From assembly GCA_036172245.1 (NCBI GenBank), contig JAYWIR010000099.1:124001-188000 (forward strand): DNA of 64,000 nt, given 5' to 3'. The DNA is from Raillietiella orientalis (taxonomy: Eukaryota). The position numbers were made by a program, and so were the translations under genes. This document shows, piece after piece, positions 9,821 to 21,800 of the stretch. The notes under the pieces are model-generated. The model saw nothing but the letters and a program-made list of their open reading frames with translations, did no database searches and was not told the DNA's origin. The number at the start of each line of letters is the position of its first letter. Positions within the stretch are counted from its first letter, which is position 1.

Positions 9821-12800
9821 GTTGGTGATCTTTGAGATCCACCATTACGTGGTCTCTCTCGCACGAGCGCTACTCAACGCGAAAAGGAGAGCGATGGGGG
9901 CAAAAATTCACCGAAATTGGTTAAAGGAATAAATAAGCAAAAATATATATAAAATAAATTAATGCATTTTGGAAGGCGTACGTTCATGATTTTTGGAAGC
10001 TCGATGTGCAAACCCCTATTACCATGGCAACTGGAAATTGTACTGGAAAGCTTGAGAGAAGCGGTTGACCCGCATACAACACCGGGGATGTCATGGGTTA
10101 CAACGGGGTGATGACACGGCAGCATTTGTATACCGCGGTGCCAAAGCATTGGGACTACCATCGCTACAAATAGAAAAAGCACAGGAGAATTTCTTTTTTT
10201 CTTTTACATTTTATATATCCAAAATGGGATCCATCTGGCTTCGTACTCTGCCTGGCACAGGACTCTGACTTCTGCGCGACCACGGGAGTAGTCCTCTACT
10301 TGGATCCCCTTCCAACCCAGCTGAGATGCGCTCTTTGGGGGTTCGCCAAGTGCTGAAGAACCGTATTCCCCTTTACGGGGAACTCAGGAAACTCTTTAAG
10401 CACTGTCCATGCCACCAGAGGGTGAGTGTGGCTCGAGTTAGGGGGTGACCCTGGAGTGGCCACCCTATGAATCCAGGAAGAGTCCGGAGGAAGGGGTCCG
10501 TTCCTCCTACACTTGGAAGGGGAACCCCGAAAGTCACCGTCCCCTTGGTTACCTCTTGAGGGAACACCAAAGGTCATCGTCATCCTGGTGTTCTCCGGAG
10601 GGAATGACGAAAGTCACCGTCACCCCTTAGTTGTCTTCGCTCTCAGCCCCTAAGGGAACCCCCTCCATGGTTGTCTCCAAAGGGAATCCGCGAAGGATCG
10701 GCTCCTAGTTTGCTCATCTGAAGAGGGTCTGGAAGGGACGCTTCCCAGTTTCTCTCAAGGATCGCTCCCCGAAGGGAGCAGCGCGCTTCTTGACACTCTG
10801 GAGAGGTGTCAATCAACCAGCATCATGGTACTTGATGGAGGCACTCCATGGTAACGGCTCCATTTTTCCAATCGGAGGGGAATTCCGAAGAGTTGCTTGA
10901 TTCCTGGAAGAACTGCGGAAGTCAACTTCCAATCACGGCCAGTCAGTCCAGTTTCCGGATTCCAGTCAGTGCCGCCGCACACCAGTAGGCCAGCCAGCGT
11001 CATCTAGCGGGGAAACTCGGAACCCAACCGGTGGCTTCGTCATCTCCGTGTCCAGTCTGCCTGGGTTGCCCTGTGGCAATCCTGATCTCAGCCCTGGACA
11101 TTCGCTTCATCGGCTTCTTGCGCAGGGACCTGGAGCGCTTCCGAGGACCGACTGCCGTCCAAATTCCTCACTCGGTTGCTTGCTGCACCCGTTCCGCTCA
11201 CCGTGCGTGTGCCCGTTCCTTCCGCCGATGACCGGGCGTGCGAAAGTCGAGGCCCCCTTGACCGTGCTGACACGGTCTAGGCAGCAAGGTGAAATGGGTG
11301 CGTCATGGCTCTGATACAGATGACGCTGGTTGACCCGTGGCGCGGAACGAACGGGTATGCTTCCACATCCTTCCGTTCCCGTGAAACAAGCAAAAGGAGG
11401 GAAAAGGCGACCGCCGTATTAGCGTGGTCGACACCACACGAGTGGCCTCACGTGGCTTTCGACCGCAGCGTTCCGTGCAACTCCGCGCAAGCTGCGTTGT
11501 TTTGTTGACTCTGCACCCACCGGCGCATTGGAATGACGCACCACGGGTGTCGACGATCATCCGCGAGCGCGACCAGCGACAAGAGAATCCTCAGCTCGGA
11601 TGCTCCATCGAGCAGTCGCGTTTGCGGAAGAAAGGGCAGTTCCGTTCTCCAGGGAACATCTCCCAGCACGGTCGAGGCAGCGGGGAGGAACGGCAGCGGC
11701 CAGATCCACGGCGGGAAGCCGCGACATCCCTGGCAATGATTCATTTTTTCCCGAGGTGTACTTCTGGGAAGATCTGCCTGGATGCAGGCGCGTCTGCGGC
11801 GTGGTCCACTCTCCGCCATCGACGGCCTTCTACGTGTGGTTCCAAGAGGGCAGGGAATCGATTGCTGCCCTGTTGATCCGGAAACGCTGGAGCACGCTTC
11901 TCCGGACGAGGAACGCCCTTCCTCCGAGGTGAAACGCTCCGGCCCGGTTGTCAAGAGTTACTGGAGTCTCTTTCATTTTCTTCGGCGCAATTAGCAAGAG
12001 TCCCGGAAGCTGAACTGCTTCTTGACCCTTCACCCTGACGGCTGTCTTCCAAGAGTTTCGGAGCCGATCTTTTAACCCTTCGAGTGCCGTGGACGCATCC
12101 ACGAGCTTGACCGATGTCCGCACCGTGCTGCACGCACCGCAGAAGTCGGCACCGTCCATGCTTGGGATGGACGCGTGCGCTCACGCTCCCATCGTTGCCT
12201 TGGCAACGACGGCAAACAAAATTCCGCTCATGGCGGCGGGCTGTCCGCGTGGAAGTTACCACGCCGTTTTTCCACCTTTGCGACACCTTAGCAAAGGAGT
12301 CATTGGTTTATTCGGATGGTGATTTTCAAGCAAACGACATGCGTCTGGGAAGAAGGAAAAAAATGTTTTATTCAATGTGGCGTGAATGTACAGCTGCAAT
12401 GGCGACTTGGATCAGCAGTTTGCAGAGTCCACCGGCGCCTCGATCGAGCCGGCGGCACGCGAAGAAGCGACGGCGACCCGCGCGCCTCCAGCACGGGGGG
12501 ACGCTTCGATCGGATGACTCCCTCACCCAAAGGGTCAACCTGGTCTTCAGACTAGTGCTCTCATCCGCGAGCACGTGGGAAGGAATGCCCTGGAGCCAAG
12601 GTTCTCTCGCCGTCACTTCTCATCTCGAGCGGAGGCTTTGCTCCCGCGGCCTCCAGCATTCGCAGCTTTCCTGAACTTCTTCTTGGATTCACTTCCGGTT
12701 CCGCACGTTCGAAGGGAAGGAGCAGGCGGTGGACATCCGCTCCCACGTGGTCCCTCTCAGGGATCCCATCTTTACCCGGGTTTCCTGGATTTCCCTCGTT

Positions 12801-15800
12801 CCTTCGCTCTCCTCTTTCCGCGAATTTCCCCTCATCCTGTCCTTCGGAGAACGCCGGGCAGCGACCCCGCATCCCCTCGACTACCATGGCAACTGCCGCG
12901 TGCCTCTGCCGTGGTTCGAGTTTCGGAAGATTTTCTTCTCGTTTCCTTCTCGGGCAGTTTGCCCGTCCCGAGGCTCCCAATCACCAGGCAAGACTTCCTG
13001 CGATGACGCAGCTTGGAACGCTTAGCCACTGAGCCACGGTTCGAAGCCCGCAGCCACGGAAACGCTTCGCACCGAAGCCGTCCCCAATGCAAATCAGCCT
13101 CACCGGTCAGATCGACCCCACGGGAGACCTCAGTCACACCGCAGTCCCGCGTTGGCAGCCGCGTGGCTGCAGTCTCTCCGGGCGTGCTGGCGCCGGGCGT
13201 CGTGGGTTTCGAGTCCGTCCCGCAAGATGGCCTGCTGGTTGGCCCAGGGGCTTCGGGTGCGACGGCACTGGTGGGAACCGGATGCCCCCGCTGGTCGGCC
13301 GGGGTCCTTCCAGGAATCGAAGGGCCCTTCGGGATTTCCTCCGGAGAGTAAGAGGAACGGATGTCTTCCTCCGGTGCCTTCCTGGATTCGTAGGGTGATC
13401 CCTACGGGGTCACCCCCCTACACGCAGCCTCGGGTGGCAAGAACGGTTCTTCAGCACTCCTTGAGGACCCAAAAAGGGGGAAACTCCATGGGAGGAAGGC
13501 GCGCGCGGTGGGTGTTGGACGGAGGGTCAGACTCGTTCGGCCATCTGACGGATCATCGAGAAACCGTGTGCGTGTGCGTGTGCGTGTGTGGGGGGGGAGA
13601 AGGAGCTCGCGCGCTGCTTTTCCGTGCACGATTCGTGTTTTGTCGTGTCGAGCAATTTGGCTTATGAAACGAGTGGTCCATTCAGTGGCTGCGGGGCAGT
13701 CGAGGAATTCCCAAGGCGAATGGGAGAGGTTCGCCTCTCAACGTGTGCGAAGCGAGCGGAGGAATCGAAGGATTCCTCCATCTCTCTGGAAAATGCTGCG
13801 GACGCTGTGCAGAGACCGCAGTGCGTGCTCTCGAAGAATCCTCCGCGCCCTGCGGAGCGCGCCTGCATCTTTGAGGACCTCAGCGACGTGCACATCCCAA
13901 GAGAGGAATCAGCGAGCGGCCATTCCGATGCGTGGACAGAGAGGGGGAAGCGAATCAAGGTCATCCGAGTTTCGAGGATGCGGGAACTTCGGAAAGGGGG
14001 CGGCGTCCTTGGGCGGGACCCCGGAGCAGGCGAGAGCGTGGCCCAATGAATCCGCCACGCGAAGAGCCGAGAACTGGGGAGGCGGTTGCTAACCGACGTC
14101 GTCCGATCAAGGCGGAAGGTGATTCTGCATCTTGGTTGCATGGGATGGTGATGGCGCTCATCGAGGTGTTTGATCCCCCGTCGGCTGGCGCTCCCCGGCT
14201 CCTCTGCCTCCCGAATCTGACAGCCGAGCTCCCCATCGCGCCGACACGCTGACCGTGGGACGCGGGAAAAAAGATTCGACCCGTTAATTCCCGGAAGTCG
14301 CTGCGCGCGCGGGGGAACGATCGGGCTGCTCACGTGAGCGCGTATCGTGTTTGCGTGCGTGGACGTGGAAAGGCGGAACGGTGGTCGTCGTCCGGCGGCC
14401 GAATGCAGGGCCCCGGGTATGCCGGGGTCCCCGCTGCTCCCCCGGAGCGATCCGGAATCTCGCCGCATGCTCGCTCGGTGGCAGCGCGGTCGCGCGCGCC
14501 GGGGGGCGTCTCTCTCAAAGAGGCTTCTGCTTTTCCAGGTGCGTGCTATGCAGAGTTTGGCGTGCGAGTGCCGTCCACCACGGGCTCGGCCTACACGTAC
14601 AGCTACGTGACCGTCGGCGAGCTGATGGCCTTCGTCATCGGATGGAACATGATCTTGGAATACCTGATTGGTACTTCTGCGTGCGCACGCGCCTTGAGCG
14701 CCACAGTCGACGCGCTCGTCAACAGGGCGATCAGCAGTGCGATCGGGAATTCGGTGGGAACGATATTCGGTAAGGACCTCTCTCCCTGCCCGTGAAAGAG
14801 CCCCGCGATCGAAAGATCCCTCCCGGCACGTCGCTCGGCGGCGCGTTCCGCGGTGCGGGACGCCGTCCGGATTTCGCGGCCCGTGGCCTCGAGTGGGGCC
14901 TCCTTTCAAAAGAACCCTCATGGGTGCGGCCAACAGCCCAGTGAAAGCAGAAAACGCTTGACCTTCAAAGGTTCTCTCCCTCAAAAAGAGAAGAAAAGAA
15001 AAACGTGATAGGATGAGATGCCCTTCCTTTGCAGCCGTTGCTTCTTTCTTCTCCGGAGGATGCGTCCAGTAGATATCCCTGCTGCTTCGATGCGCGATGC
15101 CACCATCGTGTACCTCGTCGTCCCTGCATGCCGCCCTAGGAGACCCTACTCGCGGACGACCTTATCTCTTCCGTGGGTCCCACGATCCCGCTGCACCCAC
15201 GAGGAATGCGTGCACCTGAGCCTGAAGTTACGTGTTCTCGCGACCAGCAAGGGGATCTCCCGGCTTTTTCCGCTGTTTCGAGGCGGAGCACCTCCTCGGT
15301 GTTGCCCAGCGGACAGGAGACTTCAAGGACGACCACCCTGTTTGCCTTCCGCGGCACCAGATCGGCGCTGCAGTCTCATCCAGGAGCAGTCTCTTTCTCC
15401 GACAGCAGCTTCTGCCCTCCGGCATCCTCCGCCGCTGCCAACCACCCTGCCACGATGCCGTGTGTATGGGTGCTGCACCAGCGCTGGTCTGGTACTCTGT
15501 ATTCGAAAAAAGAAAAAGAAAATTGCGCGGGGCTTCACACCGTGCACCCAACACGACCAGAAACCGGGGGCCGACAACCATCCTTTGAGCATTCCTGGAT
15601 GATCGCATCCATATCGACTTCCCGAGCCACCGCCTCTGAAGGGAACGTAGGCAGGCTGTTCGAGAGGACGCAGTGGTTCAAAACGCGAGGCAGAGAACCT
15701 CATCCCAGGCTGCGCGACCTTTCTCCTTGGGGCCTCTTTGCTGCGCCTCGGATCGGCAGCGGGTTCCACATTGCCGCGTTGTGGCTGAAACGGAAGTCGG

Positions 15801-18800
15801 CGGGACGGAGATTTCCTCCCTCCTCTGAGAAGCAGCCGGATGAACGACGGAGTCCTGCGCATCGTTCCCGGGATGTCGGCTGATCGATTCTGGCCATGCG
15901 CGTTCCTTCCGTGCGTTCGGCGCCGTCGCGTCGAGCTCCCTCACTTTGACCTTAGCCAGGAGGCGGAAAGCGAGAGGATGGGACAGGACGGAGGCAGTAT
16001 GCGTCTCTTCCTCCACTTTCTCAAAGCCGTCAGTACGTCGGCAGAGCCTCCGATGAGCGGCAGCACAGCACCCCAACCTTTTGAAATCGACCGAATGCCC
16101 GTGCGGCGGTTCCGATGTCCCAGATGCAAGAGAAGAAGAAGCGATCGTTCGAGGGCGCGCAGCTCGTCCCCTCGAACAACCTGCTTGCATTCCTTCCGGA
16201 GGCGGTGGTTCGGGAAGGAAGGCGACGTGGATGCGATCTTCCAAGAATGCTCGAAGGCGGTTGTCGGTCCCCGGTTTCCGGTCGTGTTTGGTGCACGGCA
16301 TGAATCTTCCGAATGCAGGCTCCTTTGCTCTTAGGAGCCGAAAATCCAGAGCGACCGAACGCGCAAGACGCGAAACTCCCACTCGCCGCGTACTCCGTGG
16401 AAGCGACTTCCAGATGACGGCCGAGGGATCATCTGGTGTCGCTTCGTGCCAGCTTCCAGCTGGGGTCCTTTGCTTTCTTTCCTCCTTGCACTTTCTGCGC
16501 CGGACGTGTCCGAACCAGACGCACGGCCAAGTCGAAGCGCGCCGTCGGATCTTCCAAGTTGTGAAAGTCATCCAATGTCCAGGTTATCCTGGCAACCCTG
16601 GTTTCTCCCTCATGGGCTTTTCTTTTCCCGTTCTCTAAGCGCTCGACGACTTGAATTTGCCTGACGGCTCGCGAAGCTCTTGAACTCTGCCCACGCCACT
16701 AGAGGGCGCGTGTGACTCTTCAAGTTAGGGGGATGACCCCCGTTCGGGACCACCCTATGAATCCAGGAAGCGCTCTGGAAGAAGCAGTCCATTCCTCTTA
16801 CGCTTGGGAATGGAAACCCGAAGAGAATGCTCGTCCTCTTTGCTTCCGGAGGGAACCCCAAAGGTCACCGTCACCCTGGTTGTCTCCGGAGGGCATCTAC
16901 AAGGGAACCAACCACCCTGTCTTTCCTCCTCCTATGAAGAGGACTTGAAGGGACACTTCCCAGTTTCCCTGAAAGGCTCTCCCCGAAGGAGCGGCGCGCT
17001 TCTTCATGCTCCAAGGAGGTGACCCTTCGAGGGGAGTATCAACCAGCTCCGTGGTACGCGGTGGTGGGTCGCCTCCGAGGGACCCTTTTCACAGCCGGAG
17101 AAGGACGAAGGGATCCCTGACTCCTACAAGGACCCCGGAGGGTCGACTTCCAATCCCGGAGGACAGTCAACGGGGACATCCGGGTGTTGTCTGGCTTCCA
17201 CCGGTGCCTCCCCTGAAGTCCATGAGGCCTGCTGGTGCCATCTTGCTGGGGAAGGAGGGGATGAAACCCGCAACGCGTGGAGCCGCGCGCGCGGGCCGCC
17301 AGCGCGAGCCCGTTCGCCCGTCTTCTTGTCAGGCACGCCCCATTACGGGTAACGCAGGCAACCAGCTGCTCGTGCCGTTCCCAACTCTCGTTGACTTGGC
17401 AGCTGCGGCTTTTAGTGCGGAGGGCGCGTTTCCCTGACGATGAAACGAATTGCCTTCCAGCAAAAAATTATAAAGCAAAAAAGTCTACTTTTGGATCTCT
17501 AGAAGGAGCAATGGAAGTAAATAGAGAAGGCTCGATTTCGGTACATTAGTAAACGAAGGGGTAAATAAAAGTGCAGGACGAACTGCGAGAATCGCAAGCG
17601 AGTGGCGTAAATTTGGTCCACAATGCAGCCGTGGTCGTTGCTTGGACGCGCCTTGTATTTTCGAAGATGCCTCGAGCTCGTGACGCGAGTCATCTGAGAA
17701 CCCTGCGCGAGTTTTGCATCCGTCCGAAATGGAAGTTTCGTCCTTCCAGCTCGTGAAGAGGGTTCAGCGTGCGAGCATGAGGCTGTCGCCCGGGTGCACC
17801 AGGGCACTTATTTCGTATGAAAAATAAACAGCCGTGGTATCTCTGTGGTTCGACCGGTGGTCCTACCACACGCAATTGATCGGGAGACTGATGGGTTACC
17901 GGTACGCAGACCGGTGAAGTTTTCCACAGAAGCAGAGGGGAGGAGGAAAGAAAAAAATAAATAAATAAATAAACTTTGGGAGTGGTGGGAAGGGATCGCG
18001 TCCTGCTGGGGGAGGTCCTCTGCATCCATTGGAGGATGCCGATAAGCTCTTGCTGCATGCTGTCCTTCAGGTGGGTCCATCTCGTTGCCAGCGTCATGAA
18101 TCGGACGGCGAAATGGATGTGGCACCCCTGTCCATCCGTCCTCCTCTTGCGGCGCTCCTTGCCGCGCCACGATCCCGCGTAGGCAGTGGACAGCTGCTGG
18201 CGAGCCTGCCGGCCTGAGGGCGTCGCAAACGAAGGGGGTTTTCAGAGGGTTTCCTGGAGCTGCCTCCAGGGATTCCAAGGTTCGCGGCGGAGCGCTCCCA
18301 AAGGGACCAGAGGGCAACACGACCCACAAGCGGTTGCAGGAGGGATTAACTCTTCCCGCTCTTGCCACAGTTGGGGTTCGCCCCCTTCCCCCCACGTCCA
18401 GCGATGCCGACGGGCGTTGCACGGGAGGCTCCTGTGCAGCAGCAGCATCCGCGCCAAGTCCTGCTCCACTTTAAGGGGAAGGCGTGGGTGTCCAGAAGCA
18501 CTGGGGGCCACTGCAGGTTTTCCACCGGAATGCCCAGCAACTCGCTCCAGAGCCAAAGTGTCCTCGGGGTGGGGCGTGCGAGCGTGGATCCGCTCCTCAC
18601 CACGATGCCAGATGTTCCGGCTGTGCACCTCTCGGTTTCCTCCCGATCTTCCTGGAGGTGTGGAAAAGCGTCGTCGTCCCTGTTTCCGCAGAAAGGGTGC
18701 ATCCGTGAAAGATTTCTGGATCGCTTGGCACCGCGCCACCAGTTTGGACCGCTCGCCTTTCGTTTATTCCCGGTTTGTCGTTTTCTTGTCGTGGAGTGTC

Positions 18801-21800
18801 CCTGTCGTGATACCCTTGCTGCTTAATTGAGCTTCGGCGTCAATTAGCAGCGCGGTGTTGAGAAGTGCCATCTTTCATTATCATGAGGAGGCAAGGAACT
18901 TTTCTGTCCCTGGGATTTCGTCGGGATCCAGACTCCGCTGAGTAATGATTGGGCAAATTTTCCTTCATAGCACCCATTAAAGGAAATCATTTCGAAAGAC
19001 GCCTGCATGTGTAACACGAAGAGTTTCAGAAATCGTTGCCTTGCATTATTCACCTTATCCTTATTTATTACCTCTCTCAATTCGGATGGCCATCGTATTC
19101 CAGCGAAAGCATATTTATTTGTCCCTTCCGTTCTGATCCATCTCTCGTTAGTCAGCTTTCAAGTGGCGCATTTTTGAAAAACCGCTGCTTACCGATTTCT
19201 CGAGAAATAAATCCGGCGGTGGAACTTGAGTTTCCGCTTCCTCATACGAGCTGCCATTCCAACAGGAGAAGGAAGGAAGAAAGGCAGGGGGAAGGAATCC
19301 AAAAAAAAATCTCCCAGAAGTTCGGAAGGTCTTCTCCAGATCCTGCCTCCACTCGAATTGTTTTTGAAACCCCGAATTTTCGAAGCAGCTGAAAGGTGTC
19401 CGAGGTGTCTGCGAAGAGGATTCGACGACCCGTGCCAGGCGGACGGTTTTCGACGTGTTCGTGCCCGTCTTCTTCAGCAACCTGTTGCGTCATGAACGGG
19501 GTCTCTTGGTTCTTTTTCTTTGAGCGACCTGTGGGAGGATGAACGCCTGTTTCATGTCCAGTACGAAATCTTCCCAGCGCCAGGGAAGAAGAACCCATTT
19601 GCCATTAAGGCTCGATTTTCGCGTCCCATAAAATGTTCACGGCCAGAGTCGTAATGAAAATGAGAGATCGCACTGCTCATTGTCCTTTGAATGGCCACGG
19701 CTGTTCGGAAAACACCGGGTTTGCGTTTGGTCCCCCACGTGCGTGCCGGTTGGAGATGCCTTTCCGGGACGCTTGCCGCAGATGCCCCCATTTCTTCAAG
19801 AAACGGAAGCTTTACTCAGCCCGTCCCCGGATAACTTGGAATTTCCTTTGTTCGTGCCTTCGCCACCTCAAGCGGAACAACCGCACTTCAACGTTCTCAC
19901 TCACCCCTGGACATCCCTTTGGAGCAATTGCGCTACAAGATTCTCGTTCGACTTTTCCGGGAAATATCCAACATGCCTTGCCTGTTCCGGGTTCCAAGCT
20001 TCTAATGTAGGGAACGCGGCGAGGTGAATTGGAAGCCTCCTTTCTTAGTTTCCGATCCTTCGTGAAGGGACGTTTTCCATTCCTGTTGGAGCCGAAAGCA
20101 TCTTTCCGCGGTTCGGAAACCACCATCCAGAGAGATGGCTGCCGCGAGGCAGTTGGTAGCCCCGCTGTTGCATCCGTCTTGCCTTCCTGCCGCATCGGCG
20201 GATTCTAATCAATTCTATTGTCTCCACAGAGTCTCCGAGAATGCAGGACTGCCCTCTATAGTCGAACCTCCATTGAAAGCCTAAATTGAGTTCCCTCTGT
20301 CCAGTCCCTCCATTCACTCCGGTCGAATATATGAACCGAGTTCCCATTGCCTCTTTGTCGGCGCTCTCAAGCATCGCTTTCTATAAGAGAGGAGAACGGA
20401 ATCAAGGGAGACGGAAGATGGGACCTACAAGATCCTCCAGTGCTGCAAACCTGGGAATTCGAACATGGTTCCACGGAGAGGGGAAAATACCCGTCCCCCC
20501 CGTGCGAAAGACGGAAACACCCGTCTTCCTCCAAGTAACGCGGAACGTGTGGGTGGCGGCAGGAGGCAAAGAGGTTCGCTGGCATGGCCGAGGCCTTTAG
20601 GATCGGCAGGGACGGAGACAAGGAACCATGGAAACCCCATTTGGAAGCGTGAAAGGGGTCAGCGCTTTCACGAGGAGGTTGTTGGTCATGCGGATGAGTC
20701 CGAAGAATATCTGGCTTGAGGAAAAGCAGGTTGTTTCAGGACAAAGTTGCCCTTCTGAACGTCCCAAGACGACACTTCTGCAGCTCGTTCGGTTTCACCT
20801 TCCGGTTTCTGGGCCTCAGCGCGCGTAGCCAACCTGGCGAAGTCGGTGGGGAGGGAGCGGACGTCCGGGGACCTCGTGCTGTTCCGGAGGGGAATTCGTC
20901 AGGTCGTAGGAGAGAAATGAGCGCGGAAGGCGCGCACAGAGAAGCGTTGGACCCCTCGGAACGAGGAGACGAGAACGAGCTCCCTTTCCGATGGCACTTG
21001 CGAGTGTCCTCGGGAAAAAGGGGGAGGAGTGGCGAAATCCACAGTGGGGCGTCGGTCGGGATTCTCTGCATGCCTTCGAATTCCACAGGCATGAGAGAAA
21101 GGGTGGAGCGGCGGACCGGGAAGCGAGTCGTCGCAGTTGCACGCAGGGGTTCTTCTTCTTAGATCCTCCGACAGGGGTTAACGATTTCCTCGTCTCGGGG
21201 CCCGCGAAGACGCTCTGGGCGCAGAGGCGTCGTGTGCAGCCGCCCTTCGATTAGTCGTCCCTTTCCTGACAAATCGGCCGTAATTTGATAAGGAAAGGGA
21301 AACCATAATTGCAGGCCCGGATCCGTCTGGACCCTAGGCGGCCGGACGAGCCGCATGCTGGGAGGGAAATGGGATTTCCACTCGGTCGTGCCGGGGGCGT
21401 TCCCTGCAAAATTAGGTGCAGCACGCGGCATCTTGCCTATTTAAAAAAGAAAAAAAAAATGTATTCCCTCGTAACGGCTTCATGGAGTCACTGAGAAGGA
21501 AGATGGCGCCTCGGAGACACTGCTACCTCACGCGAGCAGCTCGCCTGACGCTGAAGGACAAAAGAAACGGGACGCTGAAGAAGGGGGGGACAAAAGAAAA
21601 GCAAAAAAAAGCGAGACGCGCGCGCGCTCACGCGCGCGCACAGAAATTCTGACTGGAAATGCGTCGGAGAGGGAAGGGACGGGATCGCAGACTTCTTCCC
21701 GGCATCGTCAGTATTCCCTGGAGGATGCAGGCGACTTCTTCCTCCTGATGGCGCAGACGTGACCGTCGCCAGCGTCGTCCTCATGAAGGCCCACGAAACT

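Noticed and set aside
13662..14984. 440-aa minus-strand ORF
   Set aside because: Low-complexity GC-driven frame overlapping a transporter exon in antisense, with no domain motifs.
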